Source: Azolla caroliniana (lineage: Eukaryota; Plantae; Polypodiophyta). From it: a stretch of 64,000 bases of DNA. The translations under genes were made by a program, and so were the position numbers. Positions 12,360 to 24,632 of this stretch are shown here, in pieces. Where the stretch lies: assembly GCA_043228905.1 (NCBI GenBank), contig JBHGNT010000002.1:11036001-11100000 (forward strand). Reading direction: 5' to 3'. Below the pieces are notes generated by a model, which saw only the letters and a program-made list of their open reading frames with translations, was not told the origin of the DNA and did not search any database. Positions within the stretch are counted from its first letter, which is position 1. Every line of letters begins with the position of its first letter.

Positions 12360-15300
12360 TGTGAAAAGTAGCGTGCGGAAGCAAGTATAAAGACATAACA
12401 GAAGGGAGAACACTCAGGTTTAATGGAGAGCTTGAGCTTACACAGTATACGCAAGAGAGACCGAGAGAGTTGGAGAGAAGACACCAAAAGGAGAATATAT
12501 TATTAAAGACAAAAAACAATACATATATGTGTTCAATGAACACTTTGTACAAGCCCTAGAAGGACTGACTGGAGTACTGACAGTACTTCCATGCTCATTA
12601 AGAGCTCCTACACTAACTCCCAAATATATTCCTCACGGAATATCTTTCCTAACGGCCTGACCGATCGGTCCCAGTCGATCCGGTCCTCGGCTTCTTCAGC
12701 CGATCCGGCCGATGTTGAGCTTGTCTCTCAACACTCCCCCTCAAGCTCAACTTGAGGCTCTTCGGGATCTTCACAGCTCCGGTTCCTCCTGGCTTCACGG
12801 CTCGCTCGCGCTCCTCGACCTGTTCAACTCTACGCGCTTCGACCCTTACGGTCGGCTTGTCTGCTCATGTGACCCTTATCAGCTCTTCTGTTGTTGCAGT
12901 GTCGACACTTCTTCTACTGCATTTTCTTCCGCTTGGGCCTCGGTTGATTCAACGTGTCTGAATCAAACATCCGAACCGATTCGGCTACTTCCGATCGGTT
13001 TTCGCTCTCGTCCGAGTTGGCTGTCTCCAACTCGTCTTCGGTCTTCTCGCCCTCGATTGCGTCATCTCCCCCATGCATGGTTGGCTTCGGCTCTCTCCTT
13101 CGGCTGCTCCCCTTCTGTCCGCTTTCGGACTTTTCCGTGGATGTGCCCTCGGGTTCTTCAGCCGATCCGAACTCGAACTCGACAACCGAGTCAACTGACT
13201 CGGACTCGGTGTCGCGGTTTCCGCTCCTTTCCTGCTGCCTTGCTTGGTCGTTCAGGACTGTTCTCCCCCTCAAGTATGGCACGTCGGGGTGACGCAACCC
13301 GAGCGCACCTGAGAATTGCCGCAACTTGTCTAGACCAAGCGGCTTTGTGAAGATGTCAGCAGTTTGCCGATCCGTCGGCACGTACTGAAGTTCGACTTCA
13401 CCGGAAAGGACACGCTCACGGACGAAATGGTACTGCACCTCAATGTGCTTGGTCCGTGCGTGGAAAACGGGGTTCTTCGCGAGCTGGATGCTGTTGAGGT
13501 TGTCGCAGTAGATCGTCGTCGGATCTGACACCTCCACCTGCAGGTCCTTAAGTAGCCGCTTCAGCCATATGGCTTCGCATGTCGCGACAGCCGCTCCTCG
13601 GTACTCAGCTTCGGTGCTCGACAGTGCAACTATCGGCTGCTTCTTACTGCTCCACGCGATCGCGGCACTCCCGAGGGAGAACGCGTATCCGGATGTGGAT
13701 CGGCGATCGGCGGCGTTGCCAGCCCAATCGACATCGGTGTAGCCGACTAACTGCGTGGCTACACCAGTCCGATATAGCAGTCCTCGGTCCTTAGTGCCAC
13801 TTACGTACTGCAGTACGCGTTGCGCACACTGAAGGTGCTCCTCGGTAGGTCCCACAATGAACTGACTGATCACTCCGACCGGATAACTGAGGTCGGGTCG
13901 GGTGATGGTCAAGTATATGAGGCTTCGGACAATTTGTAGGAACCTCGTTGGGTCGCATACCTTTCCCGTATCAGAACGAAGCTTGACGGTTCTGTCCAGA
14001 GGAGTCGAGATGGACTTACAGTCGACCATCCCGAATTTGAAGAGCAAACTCAGCACGTAATGACGTTGGGTGATCAATATGCCTTCGGGGGTACGGATCA
14101 CTTTGATCCCGAGGAAGTAATGAAGGTCCCCCAGATCCTTCATGTCGAACGATGCCGCAAGCTGGAGCTTCACGCGGTCGATTTCACCTAGGTCGGCGCC
14201 GATGATGACCAAGTCATCGAAATATAGTAGAATACTAACCGGTCCGAGTCGACCTTTCCGGATGAACAGGGAAGAGTCCGATTTTGACGTGACGAAGCCC
14301 ATCCGACGCAGTTGTTGTGTGATCTTCGCGTTCCAGGCACGCAGGGCTTGCTTTAGTCCGTAAAGGGACTTCTTCAGTTGGCATACTACCGAGGAGTTCG
14401 TTCCGGAGTGAAATCCGGGGGGTTGTACCATGTACACTTGTTCCTCAAGGTCATCTTGCAGGAACGCATTCTTTACATCCATTTGATGTAGGTGCCACCC
14501 CTTGGTCGAGGCTACTATGAGCAACACACGGACGGTCGTCATTTTCGCAACCGGCGCAAATGTCTCATCGTAGTCGATGCCGTGTTTCTGCGCGTAGCCC
14601 TTTGCCACTAGCCGAGCCTTGTACCGGTTGACCGAGCCATCAGTGTTGTACTTGACTTTGTACACCCACCTACACCCGATCGGTTTTACCCCTCTTGGTG
14701 TGTCAACGAGGTCCCAGGTTTCATTCTCTACTAATGCGTGCATCTCTTCCTCCATCGCGGCACGCCAATTCGCGTCTTTAGCTGCTTCTGCATAGCTCTC
14801 CGGCTCACGCACTTCCGCTACACGGGTCATGTACACATAATGATGCGCCATGTACTCGTTGTATCCGAACCACAAAACTGGATTCTTTTGGTGGGTAGAT
14901 CGGCGTAATATCACATTAGCCGATGTCGAGGCCTTCTCGGTCGACACGGTCTTCATCTTTAAAGACCTGTCACCGGTTCCCTCGGAGTCGGACTCGCGTC
15001 GGTCTGACTCGTTCCTTTCCGTGCTGGAATCCGACACCTTCTTCTTCCCTTTCTCTTTGCGCGTAAGCAGTCTCCTCAGCTTCCTGCACGGGGATTGCAC
15101 GGTCGAGTCTCCACTACTCGCTGGCTCTTCATCAGACTGGTCGTACCGACTCAGTCGTCCAATTGGTCCACTTAACCGGAGTGAAATCAGACTCTCTTCG
15201 CGGGTCTCGATTTCGGGCTCATCCGGAGGCATCTCGGCCTCGCTGACCTCATCGTCAGAGCTCGGATTGGAGTCGAGGTTCGTAGTCGGGGACAGGTACC

Positions 15301-18007
15301 AGGACGCGGACTCGTCAAACACAACGTTGCGGTTGACACGCGCTTGTTTGGTGCGAGGGTTATAGCACTTATAACCCTTCTGCTCGTCCAAGTAACCGAC
15401 CAAGATGCATTTCTCGGCCTTTGCGTCCAGCTTGCTCCTTTTCTCCTTCGGTATATGCACATACGCAATGCTACCGAACACCCTCAAGTGTCGCAAGTTC
15501 GGCTTCGTTCCGAAATATAGCTCGTGCGCCAACACTTTGTCTCCGATCCGGTTCTGGATGTATACCGCGGTCCTTACCGCCTCGGCCCAATAGAACTTGG
15601 GCAAGCTCTTCTCGTCCAGCATTGCCCGTGCCACTTCCACAACTGACCGATTCTTCCTCTCGGCCACGCCGTTCTGCTCCGGCGTGTATCTGCAACTGAA
15701 TTCGCGCCGAATTCCCATTTGTTGTAGATAACCATTGAATTGACCGGAGAAGTACTCTTTCCCGCCATCCGACCGCAGGCACTTGATCTTTCATCCCGTC
15801 TCCGTTTCCACGAACCCTTTGAGGTCCCGAAAGCAGTCGAAGACTTCGCTCTTCCTCTCAATGAGGTAGATCCACGTGTGCCACGTGTGGTCGTCGATGA
15901 AGGAGACGAAATATCGGCTCCCGCCAAGACTAACGTTTTGTGCCGACCCCCATACATCGGAGTGTATAAGGTCGAGCTTGTTCCGGCTCTGGTTTCGCTC
16001 GTTGGGGAAAGAAAGTCGGTGTTGCTTCCCGAGCTGGCAGGCTTCACAAATTTGTGCCTTGCGGCTACTAAATTTGGGCAATCCGAACACTACCTGTTTC
16101 GATTACAGATCTTGAAGCCGTTCGTGGTTGACGTGGCCTATCCTCTTGTGCCACAAGTCGATGTCCGACTCGGATTTTTGTCCCTTCGCGAACATTGCGG
16201 TGCCGCCGTCAATGGAGTCGAGGATGAACATCCTCCCGTCTCTGCGCCCTTGCGCAATCACACAGCCTTCTTCCTCAATGAAGCACCCGAGGTGTGTAAA
16301 CCGAACCTCCATCCCTTGGTCGACGATCTGTTCAACCGAGACCAAGTTTTTCGTGATTGTCGGAACGTGCAACACGTTCATGAGTTTCCCTTTCTGCCCG
16401 ACATGGCTAAGGGGAACTTCTCCGACATTCATGATAGGATGCGGAGTGTCGTCTCCTGTTGCGACTACTCCAGGTTGTATCGTTTTTTCAAGGTACGAGA
16501 ACCACTCCTTATGGCTCGTCATGTGGTTTGACGCGCCGGAGTCTACGTACCACACCGCGTCCGATCTCGGGGTGCTCTGTTTCATTGAGTTTTCCTCGTG
16601 TCTCGATACGAAGGCAGACCCTTATCCGGCTCTCCCGGAGTCTTCGGCGTAGTGCGATCGCTGCTGATTTCCATTGTCGGTATGTCTGGAGCCGTTTCCG
16701 GAACCGGTTCTCTCCGAATCGACGCGCTTCTTCTAGCACTCACTTTCCCTGTGGCCTTTCTTGCCACAGTACCAGCACTCCGCGATGGCCTTCCCTTGCC
16801 GGTTCTCATCGCTTCGACTCCCCCTGTTTCCGGAGGGTCCAGAGTTGCTGTCGGCATCACTTCGGTGCCTTCTCCCTTGATCTTGTCGGCCACCTCCATT
16901 GCGCGCCGACTCGCCTCGTCCTCCACGTCCACAAGGCCTATCTCCCTTCGTGTACAGCATTCAATTGTCGGTGTGCGTGCTTGTAGACGCACCCGCGTGG
17001 TTCTCCTCTACCAGGAGCATCAACTGTAAGTCGAAAAAGGACAGCGTATTCTCCCGGGTACACACAGCCGTTCGGAACGCTCCGAACTTCGACGCCAAAC
17101 CTCCGAGACAGATCTGGACCATCTCGCTCTCCTTGATGTTCACCTCTATGGAGGCAAGGGAGTCGCAGATATCCCTGATCTTCGAGGTATAGTCCGCCAC
17201 CGACAAGTCGCGTTGTCGTAGGTTGCTCAACTCCTGTCGGAGCTGAAGCTTCCTGGCTGTGGTGCTCGCGGCGAAAATCTTCTTCAGATTTTCCCACACC
17301 CTTCGGCGTCTTTGCATCCCAAACATAGCTCAATAGTTGTTCGCCCACACACGACGCGAAGCAGTATAATACCCTGCTCGCCGATTGCTCCCACGACGGA
17401 AAGTCTCTGTGTGTCGATTCGGGTGCCGCGTCATTAGCTCCTTCAACATAACTCCAATAGCCGTGCCCAAGCAGGTACTGGTGCATCTTGTAGGACCAAG
17501 ACGCGTAGTTGGTTCTGTCGAGCTTCTCTGTTGGAAGCGAGCTCGCCATGCCTCTATCCATCGTTCTTCTTGTTCTTCTTCGTCAAGCTGTGTCGGCTGC
17601 AGAGAGGTTCTCAACCCTCGCGCTCTAATACCATGTGAAAAGTAGCGTGTGGAAGCAAGTATAAAGACAGAACAGAAGGGAGAACACTCAGGTTTAATGG
17701 AGAGCTTGAGCTTACACAGTATACGCAAGAGAGACCGAGAGAGTTGGAGAGAAGACACCAAAAGGAGAATATATTATTAAAGACAAAAAACAATACATAT
17801 ATGTGTTCAATGAACACTTTGTACAAGCCCTAGAAGGACTGACTGGAGTACTGACAGTACTTCCATGCTCATTAAGAGCTCCTACACTAACTCCCAAATA
17901 TATTCCTCACGGAATATCTTTCCTAACGGCCTGACCGATCGGTCCCAGTCGATCCGGTCCTCGGCTTCTTCAGCCGATCCGGCCGATGTTGAGCTTGTCT
18001 CTCAACA
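12360..18007 (-). mobile_element. Young Ty1/copia element D (A family) nested in C
   Basis: 374-bp LTRs 12360-12733 and 17634-18007 with 2 differences seen. TSD CCAAG at 12355-12359 and 18008-18012. PBS TGGTATTAGAGCG, PPT TTGAGGGGGAG. Confidence 0.98.
12914..17561 (-). pseudogene. Copia D gag-pol with a few frameshifts and stops; 934-aa IN-RT-RNase H ORF at 12914-15718
   Basis: CWYCGKKGHRESEC, WYVDSGASNHM, HSDVWG, RT motif YFDD, HARTKHIEV. Confidence 0.94.
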
Positions 18008-20586
18008 CCAAGACCATTGAGCTGGTGAAACGTTTGTTTTGGTGCCTCACTTGCAAAAATTTGTCGAAGATTATGTTCGCACTTATGACACCTGCTGTCG
18101 CGCCAAAATACCTCGGCATCACCCTTATGGCTTACTACAACCATTACCCCCTCCCAACAAGCCATGGCAATCTATTTCTATGGATTTCATTACGGATTTG
18201 CCACCTTCCAAAGGCTTTGATACTATTTTAACAGTAGTGGATTGGTTCACCAAGATGGCACATTTTGTACCATGTGTAAAGATCATCAATAGTGAAGAAA
18301 CTGCAGATCTCATTATGCGTGAAGTGTTTCGTCATCATGGTCTCCCAAATGATATTATTAGCAATCGAGGTCCTGAATTTATCTCACACTTTTGGAAGCA
18401 CCTATGAGCAGGTGTCAAAATCTCTTGCAAACTCTCTTCGGCTTATCATCCACAAACTGACGGACAAACAGAGCGCACAAATCAAACGCACAATATCTTC
18501 GATGTTTCATTAGTTATCAACAAGATGATTGGAGTAATATTTTACATCTTGCCGAGTTTGCATACAACAACACAGTCCACTCTTCTACCAAAGTTACACC
18601 TTTCTTTGCCTACACCGGCAACCACCCTTGATGGTGTATATTGGATCTTCCCGAGGTGTCACGAAACCCTAGTGCGGCACATCACCTCCACCGACTACAA
18701 CAACTCCAATTCGAGTTATCGTCACATCTTCAGAAAGCGCAAGCACACCATAAGATCAATGTCGATCGACATCGCCTTAAGTCTCCATTTAAGGTTGGTG
18801 ACCGTGTATGGTTGCTTCGTCGTCACATCAAGACTACCCAACCGTGTGCTAAGCTTGACTATCAACGCTTAGGTCCTTTTGTCATCACGGTGCAGATTAA
18901 TGATGAAACATTTCGTCTTAACCTTCCTGCACATATGCGGCTTCACCCTGTCTTCCATAGCTCTCTTTTGGAACCTTGCCACACCTCTTTAATTCCTAAT
19001 CGTGTCGTGCCACCACCGCCTTCTGTACAACTTGTGGGCGGCCCTGAATACGAGGTAGTTGTTATTCTCGATTCTAAGATTGTGCGCAATAAGCTTTATT
19101 ATCTAGTTGATTGGCTTGGCTATCCTCTGAGCGATCGCACTTGGGAACCCATCGATAACGTTTGTAATGCTGAAGCTTTGGTCAACGACTTCCATCGTCA
19201 CTATCCAAACAAGCCCGACCCAACAATGTTAACGCCAACTTCCACTCGGCGTTCTCGAAGGAGGGATAGTGTCATGAACACATGACCATTATGGCGTCAC
19301 CCGGACTTGAACCTCGAACCTTGTAATCCATACTTGAAAACCTCAACCATTAAGATAACTTATTGTTATATGAAACAATAAAAGCTACTTCTTGTATTAC
19401 ATTGATTATTGTAAAAACTCTAGATTATTCTAGAGTGTTCTAGAATGTCCTAGAGCATTCTAGGTCTAGAACATTCTAGAAATCTCTAAGCTATTCTATA
19501 GGAACCTATAAATAAGGGCATACATGTATTCTCAAATCAATTCGAATCAACACCAGTCTTTAGCTCTCATTACATATCTTGTATCCATTCTCTTTCTTTC
19601 TCTATCTTATACATCCATACTTCTCTTAATACATCCATTCTTCTCTTAATACATCCATTCTTCTCTTAGTATTTGGTTCCTTTCTTCTCGTGTTCTCTAA
19701 TATCCTTCTTCCATCACTCTATCTTTTATCCTTGGTTCTGACAATAACTGAGCTCTACACTAATTCCCAAATATATTCCTACGCGGAATATCTTTCCAAC
19801 GGCCTCACGGTTTACGCACCGCTACGGCTTCTCGTTACACACCGGTTTGCATACTGGTTTACGGACCGGTCCAGCCTAACCGATCGGCCCCAACCGATTC
19901 GGTTCTCGGCTTGCATAGCCGATCCGGCTAATGTTGAGCTTGTATCTCAACAAAATGCATATGGCATATGAGTAGCAAACGGAAGAGCCCAACATGAGAA
20001 AGGATGTCCTAGTTAAAAAATACAAGCTGGTGGACTTGGTCGGTGCAGGCAACCGAATTGCAACTACTCCATGCTAATAGAGAAAACCAGAAGTAGCAAG
20101 GCACAACCTTCATCAAGATGGACGAAGCATCCAATAATACCGTACATGAGGGTCTGGCACGCGATCTGTACAAGCTAGCTGCAACCCATCGGGAGGAGAT
20201 CACACGACTCATGGAAGAATACGACGCCCACGAGATCGATGTTGTTGCACGATTGGATGGATATGAACATGAGTGCCAATTGGAAAATGGCGAAGTAGAG
20301 CCCAAAAACAAAAAGTCACCTTCAAATGATTTTGAGCAAATGAACGAGGAGGAAGGTGACTGACTTAGAGCCAGAGGAAACAGTTAGCTGAAGCAACGCA
20401 ATGAACAGAGGAGGAACAAAATGCGAACAATGCCAACACCTGTACTAACGAAGAACCAACATTGTTCGACATCCTAAACGAGGAGGTCAGTGAGGACGAC
20501 GACAACGCCAAGCAGGAGGATGACCGTGATCAGGAGTAAATGGTAGGGTTTGACCATGCAAGGCATTGTCCCACGGGCGTGCCAAG

Positions 20587-20964
20587 TGTTAACCGGTCGG
20601 CTACCTAGAATCGGAAGGTCAGAGTCGGACAAGTGTGGAAAGGAGTCGGACTCGGACTCGACAATGTTCGGAGTTGGACAAATGAGAAAGAGTCGGAGTC
20701 AGAAGATAAAAGGAGATATAATAGTATAGTAGAAAAAATAGTATAGTTAGTTGAAACAGTTTCGTTGTAGTTCTTGCCGAACATGGCAAGTGTAAATCTT
20801 GAAGAGAGACTCTCAGGTCACCTATAAAAAGAGATGAAGAGCATTGCAATTCTATCGTTCTATTTTGGTTTAATATATGTTAGTAGTTAGTTATCTGTTG
20901 TGTCAAATATATTTTATTGTATGTTGAACCATTCTGTGTTTGTGTCAAACTCCTAGCTACCACA
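20587..20964 (+). repeat. Probable 3' LTR of an element whose body lies upstream and is interrupted by A; right end approximate
   Basis: TG start, TATA-like CCTATAAAAAG at 20821-20831, T-rich tail, candidate CA end. Preceded by a tRNA-like motif at 20543-20584. Confidence 0.55.
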
Positions 20965-21099
20965 CCTACTAATTATCATATTAAGCTAAATAGTCGATCA
21001 TCAAGTACCTAGCAATCAGAGTAGTGTTCTCTAAAAATCAAGTCCGAGTATAGACTAGTACTAATAATTCAATTTCTTACCACAATCATCTTGACAGGA

Positions 21100-21760
21100 C
21101 ATTCGACCTATTGTGTCTATCAGTTACAATCATCAGTTGTCAGCAGATTAGCGCTTCCCCGATTTGAGTCGTTTTCTGTAACTAAGGCGTTCAGGTTGGT
21201 TCCGGTCTCTTGGTCCTTTCAACAAGCTTCCTCGTACAACAAGCTAGATTTAGTCTTGCCAAGGATAAGTTCTTCCCTTCTGGTTCGGCGTTGCCCAATG
21301 TCTCCCAACTATCTGGAAGGGATCCGAGCAACAACAATGTTAGTACCTTGTCGTCTAGCAGTACTTCGAGCGATGTACTCTGGTTTATTGGCCCCTAGAA
21401 AGCGTTCATATGCTTTACCATACTGGCACCATCCTCATATCTGAGCCTCACTATTTTCTAGAATACTTCGACTCGATTCACAACATTCTTGTTCTCTAAC
21501 ATAATGTTGATCTTCTCCCAGAGGACACCAGCCGTGTTATCTTCATTAAAGTTATTGTACAGGCTCATGTCGATGAAGCATCTTATGTATGTCGTCATCT
21601 CCATATGCATTACTTCCCAGGTCACGACATTAATCTTGTCCCGACAACCAAAGATCGTTGGCCACTAGCATGTCCCTCATCTTCGACTTCCACACTAAGT
21701 AGTTGGAGCCGGTGAACTTGAACATGCCTCAGAATGAATCTTCCCTTTCACACCTGATCC
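21100..21760 (-). pseudogene. Degenerate copia gag remnant
   Basis: Minus strand reads MFKFTGSNYLVWKSKMRD near 21675-21726. Confidence 0.6.
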
Positions 21761-22409
21761 ATCCGGTCCTAATTCTTCCTCCGGCTCATCCGATCCAACT
21801 CGTCTAATCCCATCTGGAGGGACCGGTTTCCCAACATGATATTACCCAAATACTTTATGTTTGGCATTTTCTCTATGATGTCTAAAGATTCAATATTTTC
21901 CATATTTTGATGCCATTCCATTCAATGCATTTCAAAATTCCACAATGGCCAAAAATCTAAGTATTAGCCTTAAACAATGCAAAGTTTTAACCTCCTCCCT
22001 TTTTTTTATAAAACATATCGCCCATTGGTATTAAAGAAGTCAATGTACAAAATAGTCCACTATTACAATGAATATTGCAACATATTTAAGTAAAAAACTC
22101 TTGAACAGTCATGTAGCTTCAGCAATCCAGCCACATTTAACATCCATATCAATCAAGGAATTACCACCAATGACCTTTACCAATGGAGTCTATGCCACAT
22201 ATATTACTAAGCATTTCGTCTCTCATTTTCATTAGCCAACTTCTCCACAGCACGCCTCACTCGTGCTTCGAATGTTCACCAAAATACCACCTTTAGAAAT
22301 CCCTTCAAAGTTTTAACCTTCTCCCTTATCAAGAAATACCTTGTAAATTCACAATACCAATGATCCATATATAGGCCTTCAAAAAATATTGTGCTCAATC
22401 TCCTTCCTT

Positions 22410-23198
22410 GTCAAGAAACACTGAAGATAGAAAAATAGTCCCTTCTCTTCTTCTTCTTCCGTGATCTTAGGTTCTCTTTAGATATCTCTAGGATGCTAAT
22501 GAGGCAACCATACCGTCTTGCTTCATCGACCCTCATACCCGAAACCAAAGCCAAGACGTTGGAGGAAATCAAACGCCTCTTTGGCTTGGGGATGTATACG
22601 TACACCATTGCTAGCTTTCACATAGAGAGTCCATGGCTTCTCCCCCCTCCCAAAGAGTTCGAGTGTGGGAGAGAGGGAGAGAGACACAGACAGAGAATGA
22701 GAGAGAGGGAATCGAGACAGACACGAGTTCAGGGTAACTTCACTATATTTCCTTCCTTCTTTCATGCCCCATGGGTGGGTTTTAAATAGTACAAAATCTG
22801 ATCAGACATTACAAAAAGCCGAATGGGGGTAGTTACACCTACTTACCCCACTCTTGTACACATTGTCGAATACAAATGTATAATGGACGTATTCACACTA
22901 TTCTCTTAGAGAGCCCAAGTTCGGGCTATTTCTGTAAATAACATAAAGGGCAGTTGCCCTATGTGAGTCACTATATAAAGTGACTTTGTAACCTTTTGTA
23001 AAGGTTGGTTGTTCATTGTTGTAACTGTTGCCCTTTTATGAATATAGATATATGCTTTGTGCCTCTCTCTCTCTCTCTCTCCCTGTACGTATTTTGTTCT
23101 TGCCTCTCTCATACGCAAGTATTTCTTCCTCACAGATTCATATTGTGTGATCTCTTCTGCATTGACGGCTTTGTTCATTCCCTACACACATGTATACA
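22410..23198 (-). repeat. LTR-like remnant related to the E/F LTRs; hosts the solo LTR at 22864
   Basis: Shares CCCCCCTCCCAA, a GA-rich tract and CATGCCCCAT..TTAAATAG with the E/F LTRs. Ends not defined. Confidence 0.45.
22864..23186 (+). mobile_element. Solo LTR of the copia B family
   Basis: Reverse complement of the B LTR. TSD CACAT at 22859-22863 and 23187-23191. Confidence 0.96.
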
Positions 23199-24551
23199 AG
23201 AAACTCCTCTCTAGTCGATTCGAAATGACCGATATAAAGGAGCTCCATTACTTTATAGGAATAGAAGTAATTTGGACTCCAGAAGGCATCATGCTTTCTC
23301 TAAAGCACTATATCCTCAATCTTCTTTACAAGTTTGGGATGACACAGTGTAAGCCCATCACCACTCCTCTCGATCGAAATCTAAACATTGATGCCGACTC
23401 AGGCATTAGAGAGTGTGAGCCAATGCACTATCGTCAACTAGTCGGAAGCCTCATCTACCTCACAATTACCGGACCTGACCTAAGTTACCCGGTCGGTCTC
23501 CTTAGTCAGTTCATGCAAACTCCCCGAGACATCCATCTCCAATGTGCTAAGCGAGTGCTAAGGTATGTGAGTGGAACCATGGAGTTCGGCATCCTTTACA
23601 AATCGGCCATACCCATACGGCTCGAAGGATATACCGATGCCGACTAGGCCAGCTACAGAGCCGACAAACGATGAACATCCAAATTTGTTTTCTCTCTTGG
23701 TAGTGGCGCCATAACATGGAGTAGTAAGAAACGGTTGACAGTCGCATTGTCGACCACCGGAGCTGAATACAGGGGCGTGGCCATAACCGCATGTGAAGCC
23801 ATTTGGCTCAAGAGAATCTTGAAGGATCTGGGCATTCCCATCAAGAATCCAATTCTCCTCTACTGCGACAACATGAGCAATATTCACCTCACTCGGAACC
23901 AAGACTTGCATGCTCAGACTAAGCACATCGAAGTGCATTATCACTTCATCCAAGAGGGTGTTCTAGTCGGGGATGTCGACCTGCAACACATCAACACAAA
24001 CCTGCAGACGACTGACATTATCACCAAGGCCCTTGGAGTCGGCAAGTTGCGGCAACTCACGATGGACCTGGGTCTTTCGACCATAGACCAGTCAAGCTTG
24101 AGGGGGAGTAAGGAGGATCAAGAGTGTACCGTTTGAAGACCAATCCGAACCAACCATCCCACGATCCAACGATTGGAAGTTGTGATTGAAGCGGCGTTGA
24201 CAATCAAACTCAACATCTCGTAAGTGGGAATACACTCTAGGATACTCAAGTGTGTGGACACCCCACCTCCTTGTATAGTAACTAGTGTGCCATAAAAGTT
24301 GATGTCCTATTACACATATTCCTTAAGTAGTTAAGACACAACCACTTTCCCAAGAGGTCGTACTAGTGAGAGAACTTAGAGAGAATGTGATTCCATAAGC
24401 ACCTTCTCTCTCTCTTTGTAATTGTTGTTTATTTTTGCTTTCTTTGAAATACCGTTTTCTAATTTTCTGTAATTGTGAGCTCTCTCTCTCTCTCTCTACA
24501 CACACACATACACAATTCTTTTAATGCACAGAATCCGTCCCATTCTTTACA
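23197..24551 (+). mobile_element. Truncated copia 3' end: RT-RNase H remnant plus 3' LTR at about 24195-24551
   Basis: LVGSLIYLTIT, EGYTDAD and QTKHIEVHYHF motifs. LTR start GTTGACAATCAAACTCAAC. Paralog at 32541-33874. Confidence 0.85.
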
Positions 24552-24557
24552 ACATAC

Positions 24558-24598
<41 letters not shown>

Positions 24599-24632
24599 CA
24601 CATACACATACACATGTACACACACATACACA
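24552..24632. repeat. (CATATA/CA)n microsatellite; paralog at about 33875-33950
   Basis: Direct reading. Confidence 0.85.

Larger units (their letters stand above)
10902..19285 (+). pseudogene. Chromovirus C pol (PR, partly deleted RT, RNase H, integrase, chromodomain), interrupted by D
   Basis: ALLDTGA, IYLDD, EADASD and SMDFITDLP motifs. C-terminal chromodomain YEV..ILDSK...YLVDWLGY....TWEP in ORF 18641-19285. Confidence 0.93.
9198..19743 (+). mobile_element. Ty3/gypsy chromovirus C (Tcn1-like) inserted in the LTR of A
   Basis: LTRs 9198-9661 and 19270-19743 (TGTCA..TGACA). TSD ATAAC at 9193-9197 and 19744-19748. PPT GAAGGAGGGATAG before 19270. Order gag-PR-RT-RH-IN-chromodomain. Confidence 0.97.
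1..19952 (-). mobile_element. Ty1/copia LTR retrotransposon A; 3' end lies outside the window; interrupted by B and C
   Basis: Minus-strand gag (8092-8883), protease WYVDSGAS (7723-7944), integrase (1342-2247) and RT (578-1387, 317-541 with LLYVDD) in copia order. Met-type PBS TGGTATCAGAGC abuts the 5' LTR. Confidence 0.95.
8966..19952 (-). repeat. 5' LTR of copia A, split by C into 8966-9197 and 19749-19952
   Basis: Starts TGTGAAG and ends CTCAACA. The two halves join across the ATAAC TSD and resemble the D LTR. Confidence 0.9.

Noticed and set aside
15740-17029. Long antisense ORFs over copia D, also over A
   Set aside because: Expected shadow of a GC-rich coding strand, with no independent motifs.
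20543-20584. Functional tRNA gene or SINE head
   Set aside because: Only the 3' third is present, with an interrupted T-loop and encoded CCA. No D-arm, anticodon arm or A box.
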